Notes: generated by a model from the letters alone, not told the origin. DNA of 60,735 nucleotides from Planctomycetota bacterium (GCA_043820045.1 JBDREF010000377.1:1-60735); one strand, 5' to 3'; numbered from the stretch's first letter, positions 43,113 through 52,772 are shown. Numbers and translations: made by a program.

Positions 43113-44384
43113 ATGCCCGGTATGAACATTGTCAGACTCAATCGTCGTGATTTTCTGCGGCGCACTATCGGCCGCACGCTGGCGATGGCGCCTCTGGCGC
43201 TCGCAGGGGCGGCAAAAACGGAATTGTCGGGCCTGCCGCCCGTTCGGGCGATCACGCATGGACCGAAATTTCATTGGTTCAGCTACTACGACAAACTGCA
43301 GTTCGATCCTTCCGGCCGTCGCGTGCTTGGTATGGAGGTCGAATTCGAGCATCGCAGCCCGAAACCCGACGACGTCGTCAAAATCGGGATGGCGGACCTG
43401 GAAAATGACGGCCGGTGGACGGAACTGGGCCAAAGCGGCGCATGGTGCTGGCAACAGGGCTGCATGCTCCAATGGCGTCCCGGCTCGAATAGTGAAATTA
43501 TATGGAACGACCGGCAGGAAGACCGATTCGTCTCTCACATACTCAATGTTCACAGCGGCGAGAAACGGACGCTGCCATGTCCTGTTTACACCATCAGCCC
43601 CGACGGCAACACGGCAGTGGCGCCGGATTTCCGCCGGATCCAGGATATGCGCCCCGGCTACGGCTACGCCGGCCTGCCCGACCCGCACGCAGAGGACCGC
43701 GCCCCGAAAGACTCCGGCATTTTCCGAATCGACCTCGAATCCGGCAGGCAGGAATTGATAGTGTCCATAGCCGATATCGCCCGATTCGGCACGATTCCCG
43801 GCGATCCTAAAGATGCCAAGCACTATTTCAACCATTTATTGTTCAATACCGACGGTTCGAGGTTCATCTTCCTGCATCGCTGGCGTGCCGGCAGCATGAA
43901 AAGCTTCGGCACGCGAATGCTTACCGCCCGAGCCGACGGCACGGATATAAGGATCGTCGATCCTTATGGAAAAACATCCCACTTTATCTGGCGCGACCCC
44001 GGACATATACTCGCATGGGCGTGGCATCCTTCGCATGGCGATGCGTTCTATCTCTACGAGGACGGCACGGATAGAGTCGAAGTCGTCGGCAAGGGCATTA
44101 TGACAAAAAACGGCCACTGCACATACCTGCCCGGCAATAAATGGATTCTGAACGATACCTATCCCGACAAGGAACGAAAGCAGAACGTCTATCTTTACAA
44201 CGTGGCGACCGGCGGGATAATCCCGCTCGGCAGTTTCCACCTGCCGCCTGAGTATAACGGAGAATGGCGGTGCGACACTCACCCACGTTTCAGTCCTGAC
44301 GGCCGCAGCGTTGTGATCGATTCGGCGCACGGCGGCGAAGGCCGGCAGATGTATCTGATCGACATTGGCCGGATCGTCGGTTGA
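43113..44384 (+). CDS. Tat-secreted beta-propeller protein (TolB / oligogalacturonide-lyase-like fold; function uncertain)
   Basis: Twin-arginine signal NRRDFLRRTIGRTLAMAPLALAGAA. The C-terminus THPRFSPDGRSVVIDSAHGGEGRQMYLIDI is typical of TolB-like propeller blades. The start is ambiguous: TTG 43092, ATG 43113 or ATG 43122. Confidence 0.55.
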   Translation: MPGMNIVRLNRRDFLRRTIGRTLAMAPLALAGAAKTELSGLPPVRAITHGPKFHWFSYYDKLQFDPSGRRVLGMEVEFEHRSPKPDDVVKIGMADLENDGRWTELGQSGAWCWQQGCMLQWRPGSNSEIIWNDRQEDRFVSHILNVHSGEKRTLPCPVYTISPDGNTAVAPDFRRIQDMRPGYGYAGLPDPHAEDRAPKDSGIFRIDLESGRQELIVSIADIARFGTIPGDPKDAKHYFNHLLFNTDGSRFIFLHRWRAGSMKSFGTRMLTARADGTDIRIVDPYGKTSHFIWRDPGHILAWAWHPSHGDAFYLYEDGTDRVEVVGKGIMTKNGHCTYLPGNKWILNDTYPDKERKQNVYLYNVATGGIIPLGSFHLPPEYNGEWRCDTHPRFSPDGRSVVIDSAHGGEGRQMYLIDIGRIVG

Positions 44385-44407
44385 GTTTGCCAATGAGCGG
44401 AAAGCAC

Positions 44408-45082
44408 ATGCAAAAGAACCAAGAGCTTGGGAGCATAGGAGCACAAGAGCACCAGAGTATAAGAGCGCAGAAATTGTGCTCTTATACCCTTATGACCTGT
44501 GCGCTCGTTTTGGCAGGTTGCGCCCGGCAGCACCGCCGGGACATCGCCGAGCTGGTTTACGTGCGGGATAGCGCTGCCGCAGGCATCGGCAAAGCCGAAA
44601 TGATGGTGCTGGCCGAAGAGGTCCTTGCCGACATGCACTTTTCAATCGAAAAAGCCGACATTGAGAACGGGCTGATAAGAACCAGGCCGCTGCCGGGGGC
44701 GCAATTCTTCGAACTCTGGCGCAGCGACAACGTCGGCGCCGAAAACTCGCTCCGGGCAAATCTGCATACCATTCGCAGGACCGTGGAAATTGACATAACG
44801 CAGCAAGGGCGGCAATTGCGTATCGGCTGTGACGTTCGGGTTCAGAGATTGTCGCTGCCGGAGCGCGAGGCCGGCGGCAGTAGTGCGCGGGCATATGAGA
44901 TGTATTCGAGAAGCAGCCCGTCGCTGCAGAAACTGAGATTTGATCCTGAGCAGAAAGAAGGCATGGCATGGATTGATCTGGGCAGTGACACACAGCTTGC
45001 CGCAGCGATTTTGAAACGAATTGAAGAACAAATCGCACGCCGGGCGAGCGACGAGACACCAATGACGGGAAGGAACTCATGA
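44408..45082 (+). CDS. Hypothetical lipoprotein
   Basis: Lipobox LVLAGC at residues ~24-29 counted from ATG 44408. No recognisable domain. The N-terminal coding region overlaps the octamer array, so the start is uncertain (ORF-track start 44381; ATG 44492 is also possible). Confidence 0.5.
   Translation: MQKNQELGSIGAQEHQSIRAQKLCSYTLMTCALVLAGCARQHRRDIAELVYVRDSAAAGIGKAEMMVLAEEVLADMHFSIEKADIENGLIRTRPLPGAQFFELWRSDNVGAENSLRANLHTIRRTVEIDITQQGRQLRIGCDVRVQRLSLPEREAGGSSARAYEMYSRSSPSLQKLRFDPEQKEGMAWIDLGSDTQLAAAILKRIEEQIARRASDETPMTGRNS
44413..44468. repeat. Degenerate tandem octamer array (about 6-7 units, nRGAGCnn)
   Basis: Units in exact 8 nt register: aaagaacc, aagagctt, gggagcat, aggagcac, aagagcac, cagagtat, aagagcgc. 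The last units also form the left arm of a 9 bp inverted repeat (44458-44466 with 44478-44486). Confidence 0.6.
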
Positions 45083-46062
45083 GAGTATTAGTCTGCGGCG
45101 GAGCAGGATATATCGGCAGTAACATGACAGCCTTGCTGGCCCGCGAGGGGCATGAGCCGGTGGTCTTCGACAACCTCAGCAAGGGCCACCGCTCGGCAGT
45201 GCGGCAGGCCGAGCTGGTTCGGGGCGATCTGGCCGATTACGATTCGCTCGTCCGGACGCTCGGGAAATACGATATCGAAGCGGTGATGCACTTTGCTGCC
45301 TTCATCGAAGTCGGCGAATCGGTTCGGGAACCACTCAGGTTTTACCGTAATAATCTCTGCTTTACGCAGAATTTGTTATCGGCGATGGAAGCGGTCGGCG
45401 TGGAGAAGTTTGTCTTCAGCAGCACGGCAGCCGTTTACGGTATCCCGGCGAGTGTGCCGATTACTGAAGATTCGCCAACCAGGCCTATCAATCCGTACGG
45501 TGAAACGAAATTGGCAGTTGAACGGATGTGTCACTATCAAAGCCGGGCCGGAAAGCTTGCCTATGCGGCGCTTAGATACTTCAACGCCTGCGGCGCCGAC
45601 AGCGACGCGACCCTCGGCGAGGACCATCGGCCCGAATCGCATCTGATTCCTCTCGTCATCCAGGCGGCAATGGGAAAACGAAGCGAAATAAAGATTTACG
45701 GAACCGATTACGAAACGCCCGACGGCACCTGCGTTCGCGATTACATCCATATCGAAGACTTGTGCAGGGCGCACCTGCTGGCGCTGGACAGGTTGGGCGA
45801 AAACTGCGAGCTTGTGTATAATCTCGGCAATGAAAAGGGCTGTTCGGTACGAGAAGTGATTGAGACGGTCAAAAGGGTCTCGGGCAGGGATTTTAAGGTC
45901 GTTGAAACCAACCGTCGCCGGGGCGACCCGCCGGTATTGACGGCAAACGCAGCGAAGGCCAGAAACGAACTGGGCTGGAGAACCGAAAAGCCCGAACTCG
46001 AAGAGATAGTCGCCACCGCATGGCAATGGCACAACAACCACCCGGACGGCTACCCGGATTGA
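45079..46062 (+). CDS. galE: UDP-glucose 4-epimerase
   Basis: MRVLVCGGAGYIGS Rossmann start and a Y..SK catalytic pair context (PYGETK). 327 aa. Confidence 0.9.
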   Translation: MRVLVCGGAGYIGSNMTALLAREGHEPVVFDNLSKGHRSAVRQAELVRGDLADYDSLVRTLGKYDIEAVMHFAAFIEVGESVREPLRFYRNNLCFTQNLLSAMEAVGVEKFVFSSTAAVYGIPASVPITEDSPTRPINPYGETKLAVERMCHYQSRAGKLAYAALRYFNACGADSDATLGEDHRPESHLIPLVIQAAMGKRSEIKIYGTDYETPDGTCVRDYIHIEDLCRAHLLALDRLGENCELVYNLGNEKGCSVREVIETVKRVSGRDFKVVETNRRRGDPPVLTANAAKARNELGWRTEKPELEEIVATAWQWHNNHPDGYPD

Positions 46063-46098
46063 GAAGAAAAACGAATCATAAAACACGAGGTACAAGAA

Positions 46099-47076
46099 AT
46101 GAGCGAAACGTATGTTGGAATTGACGTAGGCGGAACCAATGTCAAAATCGGTTTGTTTGATTCCCAACTCAAGCTTATCCGCAAAACATCGATAACCACC
46201 AACGCGGATATGGGCCCGGATATCGTAATCGACAATATGGCCCGGACCGTCGAGGAATTGATTGCCCAAGCTGGCCTTTCCCTTGAGAACATCACCGCCA
46301 TCGGCATAGGGACCCCCGGACCGGCCAAGTACAGCGAAGGCATCATTATCAAGTCCACGAACATGCCGAAATTCAAGAACGTTCCAATCTGCAAGATGCT
46401 CAACGAAAAGCTCGGCGCGCCCGTCGTCTTCGACAACGATGCAAACGTCGCCTGTTGGGGTGAATATGCCGTCGGGGCCGGCAAAGGCGTCAAGGACATC
46501 GTCTTTTTCACGCTCGGCACAGGTATCGGCGGCGGGGTCGTCAGCAACGGCGAACTGGTCCATGGCTGCGATGAAAACGCCGCCGAGTTAGGACACATGA
46601 TGATATACCCGGAAGGCAGGCTATGCAACTGCGGCCAAAGGGGCTGCGTCGAGGCATACGCATCGGCCGATTCGACCGCACGCAGGGCGACCGAGGCCCT
46701 GGAGGCCGGCGCAAAGTCCAGCCTGAAAAAGGTGCTCGACAAAAAGGGGCGTATAACCAGCAAGGACATTTACGAACATCTGGCCGCAGGTGATGTTTTA
46801 GCCAAAGAGATAACCGACGGTACGGCAGAGGCGCTCGCTATTACCTGCGTAAATATGCTGCACACTACCGAGCCCAAGCGCATCGTTTTTGCGGGCGGGA
46901 TGATCGCCGCCGGCGACGCTTTGCTGAACCGCATCAAGTACTTCTTCGACAAGCATATCTGGACTCTGAAGAAAGAGACTGTGGAAATATGCTTTGCCAC
47001 GCTCGGAGAAGATGCCGGCATAATCGGCGCCGCCGCACTTGCCCGCCACGCCAGGCAACAGGGCAAGCTGAAATAA
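46099..47076 (+). CDS. glk: ROK-family glucokinase
   Basis: GIDVGGTNVK ATP site and ROK Zn motif GH.......CNCGQRGCVEAYAS. Confidence 0.85.
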   Translation: MSETYVGIDVGGTNVKIGLFDSQLKLIRKTSITTNADMGPDIVIDNMARTVEELIAQAGLSLENITAIGIGTPGPAKYSEGIIIKSTNMPKFKNVPICKMLNEKLGAPVVFDNDANVACWGEYAVGAGKGVKDIVFFTLGTGIGGGVVSNGELVHGCDENAAELGHMMIYPEGRLCNCGQRGCVEAYASADSTARRATEALEAGAKSSLKKVLDKKGRITSKDIYEHLAAGDVLAKEITDGTAEALAITCVNMLHTTEPKRIVFAGGMIAAGDALLNRIKYFFDKHIWTLKKETVEICFATLGEDAGIIGAAALARHARQQGKLK

Positions 47077-47144
47077 CCCGCGGAGTCCTGCCGTCATAGA
47101 CAATCAACAAGCGAGACCCGGCGAGTGAAGCCGGGCCTGCCAGT

Positions 47145-48386
47145 CTATGCATGTGATTTCTCGAAATTCTTTCTGTTCGCGCAGTCGGTCTTGCCTTTGC
47201 CCGCAAGCTCATAAGTGTCGTGGGCAATGGCGACCTGTTCATTTGTGGGGATGACAAAGACCTTGACGTCGCTGTCTTCGGAACTGATCTCGGCTTCTGT
47301 TCCCACTGCGCTCTTGTTCGCAACGTGGTCAAGCCGCACACCTATCTGGGCGACAGTGTTGCATATCCGCTCGCGCAGCAGGACGGCATTTTCCCCTATT
47401 CCGCCCGTGAAGACCACTGCATCGACGGTGTCCAGAACCGCGGCATACGCGCCGATGTACTTCTTTATGCGGTAGCAGAAAACATCGATGGCGAGCTTCG
47501 CCCTCGCATTGCCCTTCTTTACTAATTCTTCGAGGTTCCTCACGTCATTCGAGAGACCCGAGATGCCGAGCAGCCCGCTGCGTTTGTTGCAAAGGTCCTT
47601 CAATTCCTTCACAGCGTAGCCTTTGTCGGCCAGGTAGAAGAGAATCGCCGGATCGAGGTCGCCCGAGCGGGTCCCCATGGGCACGCCCTCCAGAGGCGTA
47701 AGTCCCATGGATGTATCAATCGACCTGCCGTCCTTTACGGCGGTGACGGAGCAGCCGTTGCCGAGATGGCATGTAATCGCGTTGATCTCGTACTTTCCCC
47801 GGCCCATCATAACTGCCGCACGCCTGGCGACGTATCTGTGCGAGATTCCGTGGAAGCCGTATCTTCGGATGCCGTACTTCTCGTAAAGCTCGTACGGCAG
47901 GGCGTACATATAGGCCACTTCCGGAATAGTGGCGTGAAATGCCGTATCGAAACAGGCCACCTGCATCACATCGGGAAGTTTCCGCTGGGCGGCAACAATG
48001 CCTGCGAGATTCGGAGGATTGTGCAGCGGAGCGAGGTCCGCGAACTTCTCGATGGAAGCAATTACCTTTTCGTCAATGATTACGGAATTGGTAAACTCTT
48101 CGCCTCCGTGGACGACTCTATGGCCCACCGCGCCTATCTCGGATATTTCCTTCAGGACTCCAACCTGTTTGTCAACGAGCGTCTCCAGTATTAGTTCCAT
48201 ACCCTTCTCGACGGTTTCGACCTTAGCCGGCGCCGAATGGGTCTTGCCCCGAAAAAAGTGCGAAAGTTCAGCGGCCTGTTCTCCTATCCTTTCCACGAGC
48301 CCACTGGCGAGAACCTCCGCTTCCGGCATCTGGTATAGATGATACTTGATCGAAGAACTGCCTGCGTTAATTACGAGAACTTTCAT
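47145..48386 (-). CDS. ackA: Acetate kinase
   Basis: MKVLVINAGSSSIKY start, plus HRVVHGG, FDTAFH and GFHGISH. ATG 48386 is preferred over the ORF-track GTG at 48419. Confidence 0.95.
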   Translation of the reverse strand: MKVLVINAGSSSIKYHLYQMPEAEVLASGLVERIGEQAAELSHFFRGKTHSAPAKVETVEKGMELILETLVDKQVGVLKEISEIGAVGHRVVHGGEEFTNSVIIDEKVIASIEKFADLAPLHNPPNLAGIVAAQRKLPDVMQVACFDTAFHATIPEVAYMYALPYELYEKYGIRRYGFHGISHRYVARRAAVMMGRGKYEINAITCHLGNGCSVTAVKDGRSIDTSMGLTPLEGVPMGTRSGDLDPAILFYLADKGYAVKELKDLCNKRSGLLGISGLSNDVRNLEELVKKGNARAKLAIDVFCYRIKKYIGAYAAVLDTVDAVVFTGGIGENAVLLRERICNTVAQIGVRLDHVANKSAVGTEAEISSEDSDVKVFVIPTNEQVAIAHDTYELAGKGKTDCANRKNFEKSHA

Positions 48387-48419
48387 TTGTGACATCATCC
48401 TTTCAAGAACGGTTCGCAC

Positions 48420-49433
48420 TCATCTGGCAGACGGATTCGTACTCTCCAGCAGTTGGCCCAGGGTCAATATAACTGTCGCAACAATATCATCCACCGTCGC
48501 GCCTCTCGACAGGTCGGTTATGGGTTTTGCAAATCCCTGCAGGAACGGCCCGATAGCTTGTGCATTGGCCATATATTGCGTGAGCTTGTAAGCAATGTTC
48601 CCTGAGTTAAGATCGGGAAAAATGATTACATTGGCCTTTCCCGCAACCTCGCTGGCATCCTTGACTTTCTTCGCAGCCACCCTGGGAACTATGGCCGAGT
48701 CGGCCTGGAACTCGCCGTCGATGGCCAGGCCTGGCTCGCGCGACCGCGCTATGCTGACAGCTTTCCTGACTTTCTCCACGCTCGGACCGGCACCGCTGCC
48801 CTTGGTGGAGAACGACAGCAAGGCCACGCGAGGCTCGACACCCAGGATTCTCCTGGCACTCAGCGCCGAAGCCAGGGCGATATCGGCTAATTGCTCAGCG
48901 TCAGGGTCTATGTTTACGGCACAGTCGGCGTAAATGAAAGGCTTGTCTTTTTCTCCGAGGAAACTCGGAATAACCATCAGGAAGTAGCTGGAAGGAGTCT
49001 TTATGCCCGGGGCCAGACCGACGGTTAAGACGCCGGCCTGAATGAGAGTCGCAGTTGCACTGGCGACCCCGCCGACAGCCGTATCGGCGTCGCCGCAAGC
49101 CACCATCATTCCACCATAAAACAACGGCTTGACGACTATGTGCCTTGCCACAGCGACGGGTATTTCCTCTCTCTGGAGACTGTACTTCTCCGCGTAAGCA
49201 TCGAGCCTATCGCTCTCTTTCGGATTTATGATTTCGATACCATCGAGATTAACGCCGGCTTTTTCAACGGCCGCCTCGATCTGCTCGGGTCTTCCCAATA
49301 CGATCGGTCGGGCTATATCCTCGTCTTTAAGTCTTCGCGCAGCCTGGACGATTCGCTCGTCTCTGCCCTCCGGCAATACAACAGATAGATTTTTCCCCCT
49401 TGCCCTCTTCCTGAAACTGCTTATAATGTCCAT
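48420..49433 (-). CDS. pta: Phosphate acetyltransferase (short PTA_PTB form)
   Basis: Contains VVLPEGRDERIVQAA and YADCAVNIDP.AEQLADIA. Lies directly upstream of ackA. ATG 49433 has an AAGGA Shine-Dalgarno sequence; the ORF-track start is 49478. Confidence 0.92.
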   Translation of the reverse strand: MDIISSFRKRARGKNLSVVLPEGRDERIVQAARRLKDEDIARPIVLGRPEQIEAAVEKAGVNLDGIEIINPKESDRLDAYAEKYSLQREEIPVAVARHIVVKPLFYGGMMVACGDADTAVGGVASATATLIQAGVLTVGLAPGIKTPSSYFLMVIPSFLGEKDKPFIYADCAVNIDPDAEQLADIALASALSARRILGVEPRVALLSFSTKGSGAGPSVEKVRKAVSIARSREPGLAIDGEFQADSAIVPRVAAKKVKDASEVAGKANVIIFPDLNSGNIAYKLTQYMANAQAIGPFLQGFAKPITDLSRGATVDDIVATVILTLGQLLESTNPSAR

Positions 49434-49525
49434 CCTTGTAATTTCCTTGTTCCTAAGGAACGAATAGCCGGCTGTCATCAGAGTTTTTGCGGCTCAATTG
49501 TCAAGTTAACTGTGAGTTAGGACTA

Positions 49526-50377
49526 ATGCAAGAGAAAATCGAATTTGTAAGACTGGTTGGAAATGAAAAGCGTGTAGGTTCGAAGCTTGCCGAGGTTTCG
49601 CGGCACTGGCAGGGCCAGAAAGAACGCTTTCTGATGGTAAGCCCCCACGACGACGATGCGGTCCTTGGCGCGGGCCTGCTAATTCAGTTGGCCAAGCGTG
49701 AAAATGTTCCCGTCCACATACTGATTGTCACCGACGGCAGCATGGGCTATTGCAGTCTCGATGAGAAAGACAGCATCACCGAGATCCGGCGCAGCGAGAG
49801 TTTCGAGTGCTACCAGAGCCTGGGCGTGCCGAAGGAAAATATCGTCTGGCTTGGCTTTCCGGATTGCCAGCTCAACAATTACCGCGGCAGACGCCCCGCC
49901 GAGCCGAACGACTCCGTCGCAATCAACGGCTTTACGGGTATGCAAAACGCCTTCACTTATCACCTGCGAAAAATAAAGCCGACGCAATGCTTCCTACCGA
50001 CGTCCAACGATTTGCACCCCGACCATCGCTTTGTTTACGATGAATTCCTGATCAGCCTGTTCCACTCGGCGGGCAATATCTGGCCCGAGCTGGGCGAGCA
50101 TCTCAGCAGCGTGCCCTACGTCAACACGTTCGCAGTCTATTGCGATTTCCTCGTCCCTCCCACGCTGCGTATGCGCACGCCGCAGTCATATCTTGAGAAC
50201 AAGCTCAAAGCTATTTCAGCCTTTCGCTCGCAGAAACAGATATCATCCCTCATCGAAAACGTCCGCCACTGCGGGCCCGAGGAATATATCCGCTCCATCG
50301 ACTTCAGGCTGTACCACCCGTCAAGCTACCGCAACCTGTTCGAGGATAAGACGGCCCTCGGGATGCTGATGACTTGA
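49526..50377 (+). CDS. PIG-L / LmbE family deacetylase
   Basis: Contains MVSPHDDDAVLGAGLLI (the PIG-L AHPDD-type motif) and a later HPDH motif. Confidence 0.8.
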   Translation: MQEKIEFVRLVGNEKRVGSKLAEVSRHWQGQKERFLMVSPHDDDAVLGAGLLIQLAKRENVPVHILIVTDGSMGYCSLDEKDSITEIRRSESFECYQSLGVPKENIVWLGFPDCQLNNYRGRRPAEPNDSVAINGFTGMQNAFTYHLRKIKPTQCFLPTSNDLHPDHRFVYDEFLISLFHSAGNIWPELGEHLSSVPYVNTFAVYCDFLVPPTLRMRTPQSYLENKLKAISAFRSQKQISSLIENVRHCGPEEYIRSIDFRLYHPSSYRNLFEDKTALGMLMT

Positions 50378-50405
50378 GAAGATTCCGGTTTGTAGTCGCG
50401 TGTCC

Positions 50406-51362
50406 TTAATGATGGCCCATAGGTATGGCTATGCGAAGCCGCGCGGTGACCGGGTAGTGGTCGGAAGGATAACGCCCGTCAATGTTGTCGTACAGTATCT
50501 GTGCATCGAGCACTTCCAATGCCGGCGGCACAAGAATATAGTCGATCTTATTGCCCTGACGGCCCCCTTTGAATCCGTGGCTCGTGCCGACCACCTTGGC
50601 GTCCGGATGCAGAACGCGAAACGTATCGAGCATGGGAACGGGGCTCTTGGAAGGGCTCTCATTCGGCAGGCCCAGAGCGGTCTCGCCCTTGAGGTAGGTC
50701 ACGACCGGATTGCTCTCGCCGGAGTTGAAATCGCCCGTCACTACAAAAGGATCCAGATGTTTTCTGCCTAAGATACGCTTGGACAGCAGGACCGCGCTGT
50801 TCTGCCTCGAAGGCTGGGAAACGTGGTCCAGGTGAAGATTGAACATGTAGAAGGCCCTGCCTGTCTTGATTTCGACGAGCCTGGCCCATGAGCAGATGCG
50901 AACGCAGGCGCCGCCCCATTGGTTCGAGCCGGGCACCTCCGGCGTATCGGAGAGCCAGAACGTCCCCGATTCATCGGCCTTGAAACGATCGAGACGATAG
51001 AGAATTGCAGAGTACTCGCCGTCCGTCTTGCCGTCCTCGCGAGCGACGCCGATTTCGCCGTACACGGGCAGGGCCTCGCGAATCTCGTCAATCTGAAAAC
51101 GCAAAGCCTCCTGCAGGCCCACGACGTCGCTTTGGTTCTTGCGGATAACGTCGAAGGCCATCTCCCGCCGGTTCTTCCAGTGGTTTTCGCCGTCGTTGGC
51201 CGCGCCGTAGCGGATATTGAACGTCATCACCCGCAGCTCCAGGCCGTTCGCCGCCGCCTGGTCGGCATGGGCGCCTTCGGCGTACCGGCAGAAACATAAA
51301 GTAAGAAGAATCGCTAATGAAAACAACACTCTCGCTACTTTTGAAGTTCTTGTACGAAACAT
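50406..51362 (-). CDS. Secreted endonuclease/exonuclease/phosphatase (EEP) family protein
   Basis: Signal peptide, then RVMTFNIRYG, GLQE, GDFN and C-terminal SDHYPV motifs. Confidence 0.85.
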   Translation of the reverse strand: MFRTRTSKVARVLFSLAILLTLCFCRYAEGAHADQAAANGLELRVMTFNIRYGAANDGENHWKNRREMAFDVIRKNQSDVVGLQEALRFQIDEIREALPVYGEIGVAREDGKTDGEYSAILYRLDRFKADESGTFWLSDTPEVPGSNQWGGACVRICSWARLVEIKTGRAFYMFNLHLDHVSQPSRQNSAVLLSKRILGRKHLDPFVVTGDFNSGESNPVVTYLKGETALGLPNESPSKSPVPMLDTFRVLHPDAKVVGTSHGFKGGRQGNKIDYILVPPALEVLDAQILYDNIDGRYPSDHYPVTARLRIAIPMGHH

Positions 51363-51414
51363 AGCTCGCTCCTCGATTTTTGAATCTGATCCGATGTTTC
51401 TTGAGCCTTTTCAA

Positions 51415-52248
51415 CTAACGATTTTCCAGCTTCTCCTCTTCCGACAGCGACTCGTTCAGAGCGCCCGAGCGGAAGCCCTGCAGGTCAACTGTAACGAATT
51501 TGAAGCCTAACGATTTCAGCTTCTCGACTATCTGCGAACGAGCCGGCTCGGAAGTTACGGCCTCGATATCCCGCGGATTGACCTCGACGCGGGCAATCGT
51601 GTCATGATGACGGACGCGAAATTCCACGAGGCCCAGGGTTCGCAGAAAATCCTCGGCCTCTTCGATTTGCTTGAGACGCTGCTCTGTGACTTCCAGGCCG
51701 TAGCTGACCCGCGAAGCTAAGCACGGCGAAGCAGGCACATCGGCCGTAGGCAAATCCACCTTTCTGCTCAATTCGCGTATGTCCGCCTTGGTCAGTTCCG
51801 CCTCCATCAGCGGGCAATGGACGCCGAATACCTTGGCCGCACGATTGCCGGGCCGAAAATCGTCCATATCGTCGAAATTGCTGCCGCATGCGACGCCGTT
51901 GTAGCCCTTGTCCTTAGCGATATTGACGAGGATTCCGTACAGATGCGATTTGCAGTGGAAGCACCTATCGGCCTTGTTTGCGGCGTAGTTGCTGTCCTCG
52001 ACCTCATCGACCTGCGTCTCCAAAACCTCCGCCCCGATGATCTTGGCATTCTTTACGGCCTGCTCGTACTGCGACCGCGCCAGAGACGCACTGACACCTA
52101 TACAGGCCAAAACATTGCCCGCCCCAAGCGTATCGACCGCCGCCTTAAGAAGATACGTACTATCCACCCCGCCGGAGTAGGCAACCACAACTTTGCCTAA
52201 TTCCCGGAGGATTCGCCGGAGGGAATCATATTTGCCGTCCAGAGTCAT
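51415..52248 (-). CDS. larE: PP-loop ATP pyrophosphatase, LarE-like (ATP-dependent sulfur transferase family)
   Basis: VVAYSGGVDSTYLL PP-loop about 20 aa from the N-terminus. 277 aa. The overall layout matches the TIGR00268/LarE type as I recall it. Confidence 0.7.
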   Translation of the reverse strand: MTLDGKYDSLRRILRELGKVVVAYSGGVDSTYLLKAAVDTLGAGNVLACIGVSASLARSQYEQAVKNAKIIGAEVLETQVDEVEDSNYAANKADRCFHCKSHLYGILVNIAKDKGYNGVACGSNFDDMDDFRPGNRAAKVFGVHCPLMEAELTKADIRELSRKVDLPTADVPASPCLASRVSYGLEVTEQRLKQIEEAEDFLRTLGLVEFRVRHHDTIARVEVNPRDIEAVTSEPARSQIVEKLKSLGFKFVTVDLQGFRSGALNESLSEEEKLENR

Positions 52249-52252
52249 AAAA

Positions 52253-52324
52253 AGCCGATGGTGGGAGTCGGACCCACAACCTCAGCTTTACGAAAGCTGC
52301 GCTCTACCATTGAGCTACATCGGC
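52253..52324 (-). tRNA. tRNA-Thr (anticodon CGU)
   Basis: The reverse complement reads GCCGATGTAGCTCAATGGTAGAGCGCAGCTTTCGTAAAGCTGAGGTTGTGGGTCCGACTCCCACCATCGGCT. It folds as a cloverleaf with anticodon loop TTCGTAA. Confidence 0.92.
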
Positions 52325-52337
52325 ACTTGCGCCGGGT

Positions 52338-52366
52338 ATAATACCGATCCCAGCCCGGTTTGTAAA
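52338..52366 (-). promoter_or_regulatory. Candidate promoter of tRNA-Thr(CGU)
   Basis: The minus strand reads TTTACA (52361-52366), a 17 nt spacer, then TATTAT (52338-52343). The -10 element ends 13 nt before the mature tRNA 5' end. Confidence 0.45.
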
Positions 52367-52689
52367 GAGGCCAAATTTGGCAAATTAGCAGGAGTCGCCA
52401 AGGGTTCTTCTCCCCTTACCCGCCGCGTCTTGTCGAAAACCTTCATAAAGGTCGTTGCGAGGCCCAAAGGGCCGCGGCAATCTCGCGTGTAACAGGCAAT
52501 CCTGTTGGCTCTCAGCAGTGAAACACGCCGACCACTTGCGACGCCGGACAAGCACAATCCCGGCCGGAATACGCTGTCGCCGGCCCAGGAGGCAGCCCTC
52601 GCCAAAAACGAGAAAAGTACAATGTCCCCTTTGCGAACCGTGTGGGGAAGTCGGCAAGAAGCTGACGAGTCTCTTTTTTGTTGATTTCG

Positions 52690-52718
52690 TTGCATTAACC
52701 AACGTGGCGTGTTATCAT
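52690..52718 (+). promoter_or_regulatory. Candidate promoter of the decayed brnT/brnA-like module
   Basis: TTGCAT (52690-52695), a 17 nt spacer, then TATCAT (52713-52718). It lies ~55 nt upstream of the brnT-like ATG. Confidence 0.4.
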
Positions 52719-52772
52719 CTCCGCATCAGAAGAAGCACGGCCAGACGTGAGTTGAACGAGGCGACTTTTACC

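Noticed and set aside
43011-44638. Minus-strand ORFs of 274, 202 and 119 aa opposite the Tat-secreted propeller gene
   Set aside because: They overlap a plus-strand gene that has a Tat signal and propeller motifs. They are R/A/G-rich with no start signals.
45376-46769. 395 aa and 239 aa minus-strand ORFs antisense to galE and the ROK glucokinase
   Set aside because: The plus-strand genes have clear catalytic motifs. The antisense translations are compositionally odd and span the galE/glk intergenic gap, which real genes would not do.
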